Made by a program: the position numbers and the translations under genes. Of a stretch of DNA of 64,000 nt, positions 1 to 11,527 are shown in pieces (the stretch's first letter is position 1; each line of letters begins with the position of its first letter). Source of the stretch: Psilocybe cubensis (lineage: Eukaryota). Below the pieces are notes generated by a model. It saw only the letters and a program-made list of their open reading frames with translations, searched no databases and had not been told where the DNA came from. The stretch covers positions 1,550,001 to 1,614,000 of the forward strand of contig CM039006.1 in NCBI GenBank assembly GCA_017499595.2, written 5' to 3'.

Positions 1-511
1 TCTGTGTAAATTACAGAAGCTAAATCATTTCGTCATTGTGCTCTCCGTATATAGCTATACGTATTATAGCCGTCGAGAAATGAGTGCCTGATGATCTATC
101 CAGAAAGGTATTCTGAGAGAAAAACAATCTTGTCCCTTGACTTCAAAGTGATACAGGGGAGAGTATATCTGAATTCTCACTCAATGGTTCTCTACCTATC
201 CGCAGCAATGATTGACGGATGATCTTCTCATAGTGAATCGCATTTTCATGGGGTTATCGACGCCGTATGTCAATCGAAGAACAAAATCGATAATCATCTG
301 CTTCCTATAATCTTTTTTAAACGTCACACTATCAAACGACGAGTATATATCATAAGAGAAATTCTAAAAAGCCTAACAGGCTAAGATTTTGATTCACTTT
401 ACTTCATTACATACATTGACTTGTTGATTCGATGATTCCAAGTGTTCCAATTGCATTGACAACACTATCGACTCTAGGAAATTCTCATTTTAACACATCT
501 ACGGTTTCCAA

Positions 512-810
512 GTTCAAAATTTTCACGAATATCCAGGATTCTCTGACTTTCGGAACAACTTCAGCATGAACCTTGCTTGTAGGATATAAGATTATTCAGC
601 TAACAAGGCAGACAGGCATCTTTAGCACATCTTACCAACACGGAGGTCGCCTAAACCTCAGTCACCGAATCCAATTTAATATTTTGTACATCGTGACAAA
701 ATAGTGACCGAGTTAGCTGCAGTATATTCGATCGCCACGCTTATTTATGCAGTTCATGCCTGACTGCAAACAAGTAGTCATAATATCGTTGTCACTGCTT
801 ACCACTCAAG
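512..810 (+). pseudogene. Decayed paralog fragment of the adjacent multi-pass membrane gene (1673-2965)
   Basis: Manual translation gives FKIFTNIQDSLTFGTTSA*TLLVGYKI and, after a frameshift near 698, KIVTELAAVYSIATLIYAVHA*. These align with FKNLTSIQTLVSFGTTAICTFLIGLKI and KIIVESAAVYSLVTLVYAIQ of the neighbour. TGA at 567-569 replaces a Cys. Boundaries approximate. Confidence 0.75.
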
Positions 811-1672
811 AATCAGGTAGAAGGTATACGGAAATGCAATGAAAAGCTCCCGGTAGACGCAATTCTCAGCAGTGCTTTCTTAATATATTAATATCCACCG
901 GAGATTTCTAAAGTTTAAGAACATCTGTATGATATTTGCTTACGTATATTCAAGGACTACAAAGCGGAATCAGTAATGGGAGTTCTAAAATCTACTAACA
1001 TGTTAGAATTACCCTCTGTTTCTGATAATCAAAACAAATGGCATTGATCTGATGAGACGCGGCATTCACACATATCTAGACCAAGGATTCTCGCCCTTCC
1101 GCTCGAAATAAATCCTTGCAGAGCGCCTGTATTTAATTAGTGTACAACTGATAAGCGTTTCTCACCAATTGTGAGTTATAATGGCGTGGACTGTACTTGT
1201 TGTCGTTCGTTGTGTAACATTACAGCGATGATCATAAAAGCGTTGTATTGCTATTACCAGGTGCCTGAATATATTTACCATGACATTTTGTGAGAAGTAT
1301 CACAGTATGAACCTCCGTTGCATTCTCATGTGAGGTACAGCCTGTGTGATCATTCGTGATATAGCATCCTAACTTGTACGAATCAGTGTAATAGGTGGTA
1401 CAGTTGGTGATTAATTTGGGTTCCCTCAGTTACTGATGTAAGGTGAATTGTATCTTTTAGTTGCTCCGTTAATGAAAGTCTCCAATGGGCCATGTTATAG
1501 GGATATGTGATGTTCTTATGTCAGTCTTGTCAATACATTGACGGATCGTTGGAATGTCCTGCCTCAAGGACGTTTCTCAGCCGTGGAAATCGATCTTGTA
1601 TCATAGTTTGTGAATTCGTATAAAAGCTAGACCAGCAACAACGGCGAATTCCAACACAAATCTTCAGGCCTC

Positions 1673-2965
1673 ATGTCAACCGAGTCTGATTCGCCTTTCT
1701 TCATACCTCAAAACATTCAGATCGCTGCAATTAGCGGAAATCTCAATGCCGTATTGGTTTCTACTCTTTTAACAGGTGAAATTCAATAAAATTTTAGGCA
1801 GAAATTTTCTAGCTTATGCGCTTAATCTTTACTTGTAGGATTCTATTCTGTGGTGTATCTGGGGACTATGTACCTTTATAGTATGTCTTTGATTATCGCT
1901 CTGATATATTTTTGTTATTCAAGTTTGCTATAGTCAGCCGAATGCCTACCAGCCAAGGAAAAATAGTCATACTTTCAGCAATTTCCCTTCTTTACGCGCT
2001 TTGTTTGGTACAGCAGGCCATCCAATGGTACTACATCAACTTAATTCTAATTTTCAACGGCGACACACGATTGGATATATTTTTTGCAGTGCTAGAACGT
2101 GGATCAGTCGCGGTATACGCAGTCTTTCAGTTCTCGTTCTGCTTTATTTTTGTGGTATCTGATGCGCTTCTGGTACGAGCTTCCCCATTTTCTTCATTGT
2201 ACAGGAATGATAATAAGTTTCCAATTGTCAGATTTGGAGGTGCTACCATGTCTGGGGGAAGTCATTCAAGATAATCATTCTTCCGTTAGCATTGATTCTT
2301 GGTGAAATGGGTAAGTGTTCAGCATTAACCGTCTAGACCTCATTTTGCCGACTGTCCACCTATAATCCATAGGCCTGTCCTTGGCAGTAACTTTGGTTCC
2401 AGTTGTCAAGCCTCCTACATTTACCAGCTCTATCTCTTCCTTCAAGAACCTTACAAGTATTCAAACGCTGGTTTCATTTGGAACCACGGCAATCTGTACC
2501 TTCTTGATCGGCCTTAAGATACATAAAGCATCCCATCAGAATTTTACTGGCAATGGAATCCGGTCTACCAAGCGATTGGGCCACATTATAAAGATCATAG
2601 TCGAGTCCGCTGCTGTATATTCTTTGGTTACTCTGGTGTATGCCATCCAAGGGATTATTCCGTTCTCACCAGAAACAATTGTAGAGTCGCCTCTCCTGGT
2701 AGAAGGCCTTTATATGCAGGTTATTATAGTTGCGGTGGCGGTAAGTGTTTGATCTGCTTCTTTGAATTGGTCAGAATCTAATAGCTTGCTCCCTACCGGC
2801 TCCCGATAGGGATTAGCTCCGACCGTAATTGCCGCACGAATTGCACTTTCGACTCCAAAGAGCACTTTCAGGGAGCCCACGACTCGTATTTCTGATATGA
2901 TTTTCCCAAACATCCAAGGGACCAACAGTGGCGGGACAGCCGTTATAACGAATATCAGGTGTTAA
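1673..2965 (+). CDS. Agaricomycete multi-pass (7TM-like) membrane protein, unknown function
   Basis: ATG 1673 (MSTESDSPFFIPQ...) and spliced exons giving SDALL|IWRCYHVW, IIVESAAVYS and GLAPTVIAARIAL, typical of this expanded family. Stop TAA 2963-2965. TATAAAA about 50 bp upstream. Confidence 0.8.
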
Positions 2966-4166
2966 ACTTTGTACGCTAGCGTAGCCGTTCTGAGATGTTA
3001 GACACGCAGAGATCCTAGAGTTTTATGTATAGCAGCACTCATTGCCTAGGTATTAGTTATTTAAATATTAGATGATTTAAAATGTCGTTTTTGACTTATT
3101 TTGAACCAAATCTAAATCACCAGGTTTCCGTTAGCACGAACAGTTCCACGCGGCACGCCACCGAGCATTTTCAGCGCACGTCAAGAACTTGAAGAAGAGG
3201 CACAATAATTCAGTAAGATTTCTACCCACTACATATGATTTGGAATGCTCAAGAAATGGTGATTGATGTACCAAGCTGCCCACAACTGCCGAGTCGTCCG
3301 TGTTGTGTCGCAATCCTTTCGAGATACGGTATCTCAGTTTCATATCCGTCAATACAGACCCAGCAAGACGCGACCGTGACAGATGATTCACGCCATGTAA
3401 CATCATGTGCATGTGACTCAACAATTCCGATTTCCAACGAGTTGTGTCTTTGGTCCTTTGACGACTTTCGTTCTATCGTATTCTTTTAGTTCCACCTCCT
3501 TCACGTATCGTATATACTTCAAGATGTCATGACAGTCAATTGAATTTGCCACGAAAAATACGCCCGCCTATACAAACATTATAGAAGCTGTTTTTAACAG
3601 CAGTTATGATGCTGAGCTCGCCGTGGTCGACTTCTGGAGGGCATATCAACGCCACGGATGGAAATCAGATTGTTGTGGAAAGTGCGCATATACATCAACA
3701 CTCACACCGCCGATGCATATGGTACATAGCAGATGTGGAGACGGGCAAATGGCAAGGATGTCGACGAACACGAGCGATCGGTAAGCAATCTCATCTGCTG
3801 ACACTAGGACAATCTCACAGTGTTAAAAAGCCTGCTTCCCTGTTTCTCGTAATGTTGGGCTCACCCTCCATGTCGAAATGCGGTCCATTCGGTTAAATAC
3901 CAATTTTGGCGGTGGGACCACACATTTCTACGCAACGATGGAAGCTTCATCTCCCGTATCCTCTCGCTGAAAGTAAAAATGGCCACAAGGATACCTCGTT
4001 TTCACCTTTATAACACCAGACGTTTCCAATGTAGAAAGGAAAGAACAAACGTATTTTAAACGAAGGCGTTAGTAAGTATTTTTATCTGTTTAACTCTTTG
4101 ATTTAAATAGTAAAAATGTTCCAAATCCACAATAGGCCGCCAACAATTAATGTCCGTTGAAAAGAA

Positions 4167-5809
4167 TTATATACTTAGGTGTTTTCCCTGCATAGTAGTA
4201 ACACAGTCCAAGCTGTCTGTCGTAAACACGTCGTCTTGCGCTGGAATGCATGGCTGCGTCACCGGTCTTTCAAGGTGCCGTTCTTCTCCTTTCGTCTCGT
4301 TACCTGCTAACGTTCTTTCTGGATCTTCAAGAGCTCTGAAACCCTCACTGCCTTGTTCAGCCAACGGGACACCACTCGCGCGCCATGAAGGATGGACAGA
4401 GGTGACGGTTCCAATTGTCTGTCCCACATCAACGTTGTAGGGACGAGTCACAATCATACAGAAGCAGATTCCCTGGATTAATCTGTCAGATCTAACTGAG
4501 TTCCCGTAACGAAACGCACTGACGATTGTCGGGCTTGTCTGTTCCAGATTATTGAAACTACGTTAGCAGTTGTCCCCAGCAGAAAATCCAAAACACGTAC
4601 GGCGCCTATGGTTATATAGACCGCTGTAGACTCTACTACGGAGAAAATTAGCGACAGAAGTGCCAGAAAGCTATGTCTTGTGAGCTTTCAATTAGTCATG
4701 CAATGTTTGAGTACTCACCAGTATAGGGCGGCGCTCTGGATGAGGATCTCCAGGTATTTCTATATCCACAAAACGCGACGGGTCAGTAAAGAAATAAAAC
4801 GTAGCCTTCAGCCATTATGTCACCTGTAGCTTCGTCGTCTTAGGATTGAGTTTCGTATCTCTCACACTGCGCTGAGCCAAAGCGATGCGCAACGCGATCA
4901 GAACTTGGTAGTATTAGAACCGTAACATGCACTGGCGAGTTCAAAACTTACAAGTGCAATATATATTACATCTGGAAGAGCACCGTAAGCGCAGACTGGG
5001 GCAAATTTAACCCTGATTCACTCACGCAAACGTCAAAGCGAAGGCAGAGACCAACCAGCGTCGCGATTTATCAAAAATAGTATTGAAGGATGTTCTAAAA
5101 AGATTGGCTGCCACAGCTTCCGTGACTGCAAAATACATTTTGACAGCTTTAGCTTAGATATACTTTACTGCGAGTAATGTCACTTACCCAGCAGAGCGAT
5201 ACACAGACAGACAGCCGGAATCGTGATCACGACATTCCTACCCCAAACAATGAACAGCCGGTATATCTGTTCAAGAACGTCAGATACAAAAGAGAAATTG
5301 GACGACGCATGTGCTACACACGAGAAATGCGTCCGCGACCACAGGAATAGGTATGTACATCGAGCTGTACGCGATGACCCAGTGAGAGCTCAACGACAGA
5401 TATCCTCTTTGATCAAACGGCGCATCTGTTGTCACACAGTTCACAAACGCGAGGAAGGAAGAGATGACAAGAACAATGAAGTGCTTTAATCAATCAACAA
5501 ATTAGAGCACTCTCGCGCCATACGTTAATGAAGCAGTGACTCTACCCCGGTGGCTATGATGAAGATCGTCGCGCCAACTGCGAACATGGGCGTCTTGAAC
5601 AGATTCTGCCCCGACGACTTGGAGCGCTTGCGCACGCTCTCCACATAGAGGAAGAAGTGGACCCAGTATACACCTTCCACACAGATATCGATGAGATCCG
5701 AGACGAATGCAAAGGTGAAGAATGACGTACCGGTCAGAACGCATTCAATGAAAAATCCAGTAAAGCGGGCAATATTCAGGGGTGGCTGATTCTTCAGTGG
5801 TGAGGGCAT
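4167..5809 (-). CDS. Agaricomycete multi-pass (7TM-like) membrane protein, unknown function
   Basis: ATG 5809 (MPSPLKNQPPLNIARFTGFFIECVL...GVYWVHFFLY), then hydrophobic exons incl. IYRLFIVWGRNVVITIPAVCLCIALL and LIALRIAL, then a polar C-terminal exon ending at 4167. Many introns; internal boundaries not all resolved. Confidence 0.7.
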
Positions 5810-6388
5810 TGGATCGAGCAGCGGGATCACATCGACCAACGTCTGGATAAACGCAGATTAAAAGAGAACAGGAACGCGCAGTATTGATTGTTTTAAATGC
5901 ATCTCACCACCCGTTATCTACCTCCCCCTGATGCGTTGCATACCGTATCCACAAAGAAATCGAGACTCAGGTGGGTCACTTGTAGTAAGTGAGACATAAG
6001 CCATTAGATGCAGTCATTTCACAGTAATCATTTTTAGGATGCTGCAATTTAAGGGCTTGGTTTTAGGGTTCCACAACGATGTCATGAATCAATCCATCTA
6101 ATTCAATGATCTAGCCAAGTATTCAAGATAACTCACAATGGGCTAACCCTGTTTTTCATAAAAGAAGGTACATCCTGCTTTTCATGCCCGCCTGGATATG
6201 TTTCTACTATCTGCGACATCAATCATACGCAAACCATTATTCATTTCTGCTCCTTATCTTAATTGGGAGCGTCGGGAATGAATCGAGCAACACTCAACTC
6301 CGCGGACCGTAAATAACTGATCGAATTAAGTGCCAAGAATGGCGATCGTCTATTTATAGAACGCATTTCGTCCTACGGAACCAGTAAT

Positions 6389-8747
6389 TCAGGTCGGTCC
6401 CGAAATCGTTCCAAGATACTCCCAAATGTCCTCCGAGAAGGATTTCACATCCTTAAGCAAACTATCGCTACCCGCGTTGATCTTCTCGTGCGTCGTCTCC
6501 ATCTCTTGATTGAGCTGGTTGACATCTACAGTTACGCGTTTATACTGAAGGAGAGTAGAGCACAACGAGGCATAATGTGAGACCTGTTCGGGCGTCGCTT
6601 TTGAACAGTACTGGGCGGAGATGTAAAAGAATACACTCGGAGCGTGGCGAGCAGTTTGTGTTTCCGAGAGCTCCTGAGATAGACGTCGCTCAAGATGAGC
6701 TGGGATAGCGTCCAAGAGGCTCCGGGTAGCAGATAGGCGTTCAGAAGCGGTGGAATGAATAGAATGCTCATGGGTTTGCATAGATGTCATATATACGAGA
6801 TGTGCAATCACAGGTATTAAAGCTATGAAATGGCTTTGTTGCGTCTTGATGTTCAAGGGAGGATCGACGTCGTCACGGTATCCCTCTTCCAGCTGGATCA
6901 ATAGCGCCAGTGCAAAATTGACGATCTGCCAGATAAAGTCTTAAACATATTCAAACATCAGTGACATCCCTTGCATTTAATTGATAGCTGGCCTTACCGT
7001 AATTTTGCGGGTCACGGAAAATAGGATTCAAGATATTCAATGAGTCGACAGACAAGCATGACGGACTATTCAGATCCGCAGCATGTACAGAAGCAATTGC
7101 CCGTTTCTCGAGATAAAAGTAGATCATCAGCCGAATGCCAATTTCTACCCTGTGAGTGGAAAGCAATTCAACTTCAGGATAGTAGGTGCTGCTAGAGCGA
7201 AGATAAAGAAAGGTGTTTTGCTGGCGTAAAATGTCAGAACCAAGAGTCGATCTATCCAGAATGCCAGAAGTGTCACCAGTCAACCAGCGACACAAGCTCA
7301 GATCACTCTTTAGACATTCATCATTCGTCAATAGCTCGTACAGATATTCCTCCTGATGCAGCCTATCATAAATATTTTCGAGTTCAGATATTTCAACGAA
7401 GCAATGGTGTGAAGAGACTGCCGAGGCCTTTTGCCAGCTCTGTGCCTGTAGTCCCCCAACGATATCGTATATCGGTGGTAGTTGAGGGTATTGACGCCCA
7501 AGAGTGGGTTCTCGGAAGAAAGGTTCCTTGCCGACCGCTCGCCGCATATACGCGTCGCGAATGTTCAGCCAGGCCTCGTCAAAGTCGATCCACCGCGGCG
7601 ACGCGTGCAGTGCCTGGTGAAGGTACCGCGTAAATTTGTCTTTTGGTTGCCAAACAGGATCTGAATTCGATTTTGGGAGATTCAGACACTTTCCAAGCTT
7701 TTCAATTAGATTTAAGATATGTGAATAGAGACGGCAGCAGAAAGAGGATACGAGACGGACGAGGACGAGAACGGCGCGTGATTGGGGTGATTTATACGGA
7801 CACTTGCTCGGACTGGATATCGGGCGAGATGGGCGGCCCTGTCTACCGGGAAAGTGGGTATAAAGAGAAAGAATCTGGAGAGAGGGAAGCAGGGTGGTAG
7901 CGACGAGAAATAGCAAGGTCAGGCCAACCACGACCGTTGCGGGCACGGTCACTTGGCGGAACCCCAACGAATGCAAAAAGTCGACTATGCCAGCGAGAAA
8001 CAGTACCAGCGCGCACTGCAGCAGCAGAGGCATGGCTGTGAAGATTTTGTCAACATGCCACTTTTTCAGTGCGTCCGCGCGCATGTAGTACGTTGCGTAT
8101 TTTTCACGAGGGGACAGGTCGGCGTAAACGAGATGCTCTCGCAACCATTGCAAGGAAATGATGCCTGCGAGTACACTCGTCAAGCTCAGCACGAGACTAA
8201 GAAACCAGAATGTGTTGACTCTGATTGCTGAGGGCGCTGGGGTAAAGAAAATTTGAGCTGGAGAGGAGTAGAGGCCAGCTGTAGCATTGATAGGACCGTC
8301 TAGTCGCAATGCAATCCGGGAAAGCAAGGAGATAATAGCATCGTTTGGATCTGGCTGGAGACTCTTGTATGACTCGACTATTAGCGCCGTAACAATTGCA
8401 GAGAACAATCCAGCCTGTAATAGTCAAGGATGTATGGTAGTGAACAGCCGAAGAAGCGCTCACGAAGATCAACAAATTCTGAACCTCGTCTTTCCATACA
8501 TCGCACTGCATTTTGTCCTTGCGAAGAAGGGGCTCCACTAATGTTGTCCAAGGGTCATCTTTAGGCTTCGGCGGGGCATACTGGTACGGCTCTCTCACAT
8601 TCCACAGCCTGGGTTGCTCTGTGGCACTATTAGGCGCTTTCGTGTCCTGATACATATCAAAGGGTATCAGAAATGCACTGGCATATCGAAGAAGAGGTCA
8701 CCGACCGTATGTACACCATCGAAACCGACCTTTGATTCTACCGACAT
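6389..8747 (-). CDS. DUF6535-like N-terminal transmembrane domain protein
   Basis: W..EVQNLLIF|AGLFSAIVTALIVESYKSLQPDP...AIRVNTFWFLSLVLSL...QWLRE...PLLLQCALVLFLAG...CPYKSPQS is the DUF6535 signature. Covers ORFs 8197-8655, 6951-8408 and 6389-6901. Start at 8747 is inferred through a short first exon. Confidence 0.8.
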
Positions 8748-8977
8748 GAAGAGAAAATTCGTTGTTTCCCTTGCTCGGCTCTGTAGCTTTCGAAAAATCG
8801 TGGTCGAACCCCGAGTCCCCGGCGAAACCTGTCTATTTGAAATCTTTGAGCTCTAAGTACTTTTCGAGTCAGACGTTTTTCTGTGTGTTGCTCCGTGACG
8901 AAGCTGTGTCACCCTCGAAGTCACGGTTGTCACTTTCGTCACAACCTGTGCTGGCGGCTCATTCTACAACGCCCACG

Positions 8978-11312
8978 ATGAGCGACAGGAAACGTGCGTT
9001 CGAGGGCAGCGCTGGCGATGGTCTCGCCGCAAAGAAACTGAAAAGGTACGTTTATTGTTTACGTCTATGATATGTGACTGATGTCCTGGCTCTAGCGATG
9101 TGAGTACCACCCTTTGTTGCTGAAAGGTAAATGCCCTTTGCATTCCTAACATCGTTGCTCCAACCCTCTTTTTCCTGCCCAGAACACCAGCAATGGTTCC
9201 AGCGCCGCCAAACCACCCGCTGCAGTGCGTGAATCTCTTATCTTCACCAATGGCCATCGTAGAATCTCACAGGAAGCACTAGGCATCAGCGATGGACCTC
9301 ATCGCTCAAAAGCGCGCTGAAATAGCTGCCAAACTCGCAGCCATGAACAAGAAGAACGTTTTGCCTTCAGGAACAACGTCCTTGTCCTCTTCTACTACCG
9401 CACGGGCCTTACCGGGTCTCGCAGCGCCCGTGCCCAAGGTGCCCATTGTTCCGGCGTCGCTGCCATCCAAGGTTGTGTACGCAGGAACCCCTTCGCCCAG
9501 CCTCTCCAGCGGGCCTACCCCCGCGTCTGGCTCTGGGGCACCCACACCCGCCATATCTGATGATCTCCTGCGCAAAGTCGCAGAAGCTAAACGACGTGTT
9601 GCAGATGCGCAGACGAAACTCGCAATCAAAGATAACCCGTACATGGTGTGCTCTATTCCACTGGCCCATAACGTCTCTAACTTTTTTTATTAGACCCTCG
9701 CGCAGTCCGCGAAGCGCAGCAGCAAATCGAGCACACCGCAAATCGAGCCGACACAGCAAGGCGCCGGGCTGAAAATGGCCGCGCACCCTCTGCTTCTAGA
9801 CACAACGCCCGTGCTGCCGCAGTCCAAAAAAGACAGATACAAGCCCATGCAGCCCAAATTTGCATCAATCAAAGCGAATGTGCGGAACCAGCCGTCGCCC
9901 TCTCCAGCTTCGATTGTCCCAAGTGTCGTACCGAGCCCTGCAGCTGCTGCAGGGGCGAATCCGTACATGGCCGGCGGGGTGGGTGTGGCGGGGGCCGCGG
10001 GTAGCGGGGGGAAGGAGGTGGGGATGTTCGAGGGTGCGCCAAGGGAGCGGCAGGGGCGTAAGTTCCATTTTAATCCCAAGGGCAAATACGTGGCGCTGGG
10101 GAACCAGATGAGACAGGAGAATCAGCTCGAGGCGCTTAAGCAGCGTATTGCCGAAAGTGCACGCAAGGCGGGGTTGGATGGGGATATGGGCATCGAGAAG
10201 ACTATCAAGGTGTGCATTGGCTTTTTTGTGTTGTTTATGTGTGAGGCTGAATGTGTATGTAGAGGGCTCCGCCTCCTGATTCAGAGTGGTGGGATGCAGC
10301 GCTGCTGCCGAGCAAGTCGTACAATGACATTGACACGTTTGGGCTCAACAAACTCAACATCCGCACGCCGGACTCACCTGTGACGATATATATCCAGCAT
10401 CCTATCCCCATCCCTGCGCCGAACGAGAAGAACAAGATTGAGCTCAAACCGATGATGCTTACCAAGAAGGAACAGAAGAAGATGAGGAAGTTGAGGAGGA
10501 AACAGGAGTTGCAGGATAAGCGGGATAGAATCCGTATGGGCCTCTTGCCACCCGATCCTCCAAAAGGTATTTTATTCCAACTACCATAAATGCTCTGATC
10601 TAACAATTTCATAGTACGCCTCGCCAATCTCATGAAAGTCCTCACATCAGACGCAATCCAAGACCCTACACGCGTCGAAGCGCGCGTACGCCGTGAAGTT
10701 GCGATGCGCAAACACACACACGAAAAGACCAACGCAGAGCGCAAACTTACCCCAGACCAACGACGCGCCAAGCTCGAGACCAAAAAAGCGGACGAGGACA
10801 GACGCGGGATAACAGGGCTTGTATTCAAAGTGCTCACGCTCACCGACCCGGCACATCAGTTCAAAGTGCGGAAGAACGCTGAGCAGTTGAATCTGACGGG
10901 TGTGTGTGTGTTTGGGCCGAGTTTCAGTGTGGTTTATGTAGAGGGTGCGGGCAAGTATATCAGGAATTATAAGCGGTTGATGATGCAGCGCATCAAGTGG
11001 ACCGAGGCGGCAAGGCCAAGGGGCGGTGAGGAGGAGGTTGAGCTGGAAAATCCAGAGTCGGAGGCCGAAGATACAGGAGAGACACCGAAAGTGAAAGCGC
11101 CAGAGTCGAGTAGTGGCGACGCGGCGAAAAACCTTGAAGACAACAAGTGCTATCTGATCTGGGAAGGCGCATTGCGTGACCGCGAATTTAGCAATTTCAA
11201 GGCGCGCAGCTGTCCCACGGACCGTGATGCGCGCGAGATGCTCGGTGATAGGATGAAAGGGTATTGGGATGTTGCGAAGAATTGGAAGCCTGAGGATGAG
11301 GAGATTTTCTAG
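8978..11312 (+). CDS. PRP3: U4/U6 snRNP splicing factor Prp3
   Basis: IQHPIPIPAP, LTKKEQKKMR..RR, GLLPPDPPK, VRLANLMKVLTSDAIQDPTRVEARVRREV..R...HE..N.ERKLT, HQFKVRKNAEQLNLTG and YKRLMMQRIKW are Prp3 motifs. Exons join in frame from ATG 8978. Confidence 0.95.
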
Positions 11313-11527
11313 TTGCTGTGCTTTGAATGTGTATGCTTTATTTTAATTGATGTTTTTACAAGAGCCTAAATTGGACCCTAGATCTGTTATTCACAGCCAT
11401 GGATCCAGTCGAGATGATTCCGAACAAGCTACATTATGAGACTTGACTTTGCAGGCGATACAATGTTCGATTGGATTACGACTATACTACATATTGTACA
11501 ACAGACGAAGAGGGTCCTTGTCTTTAT

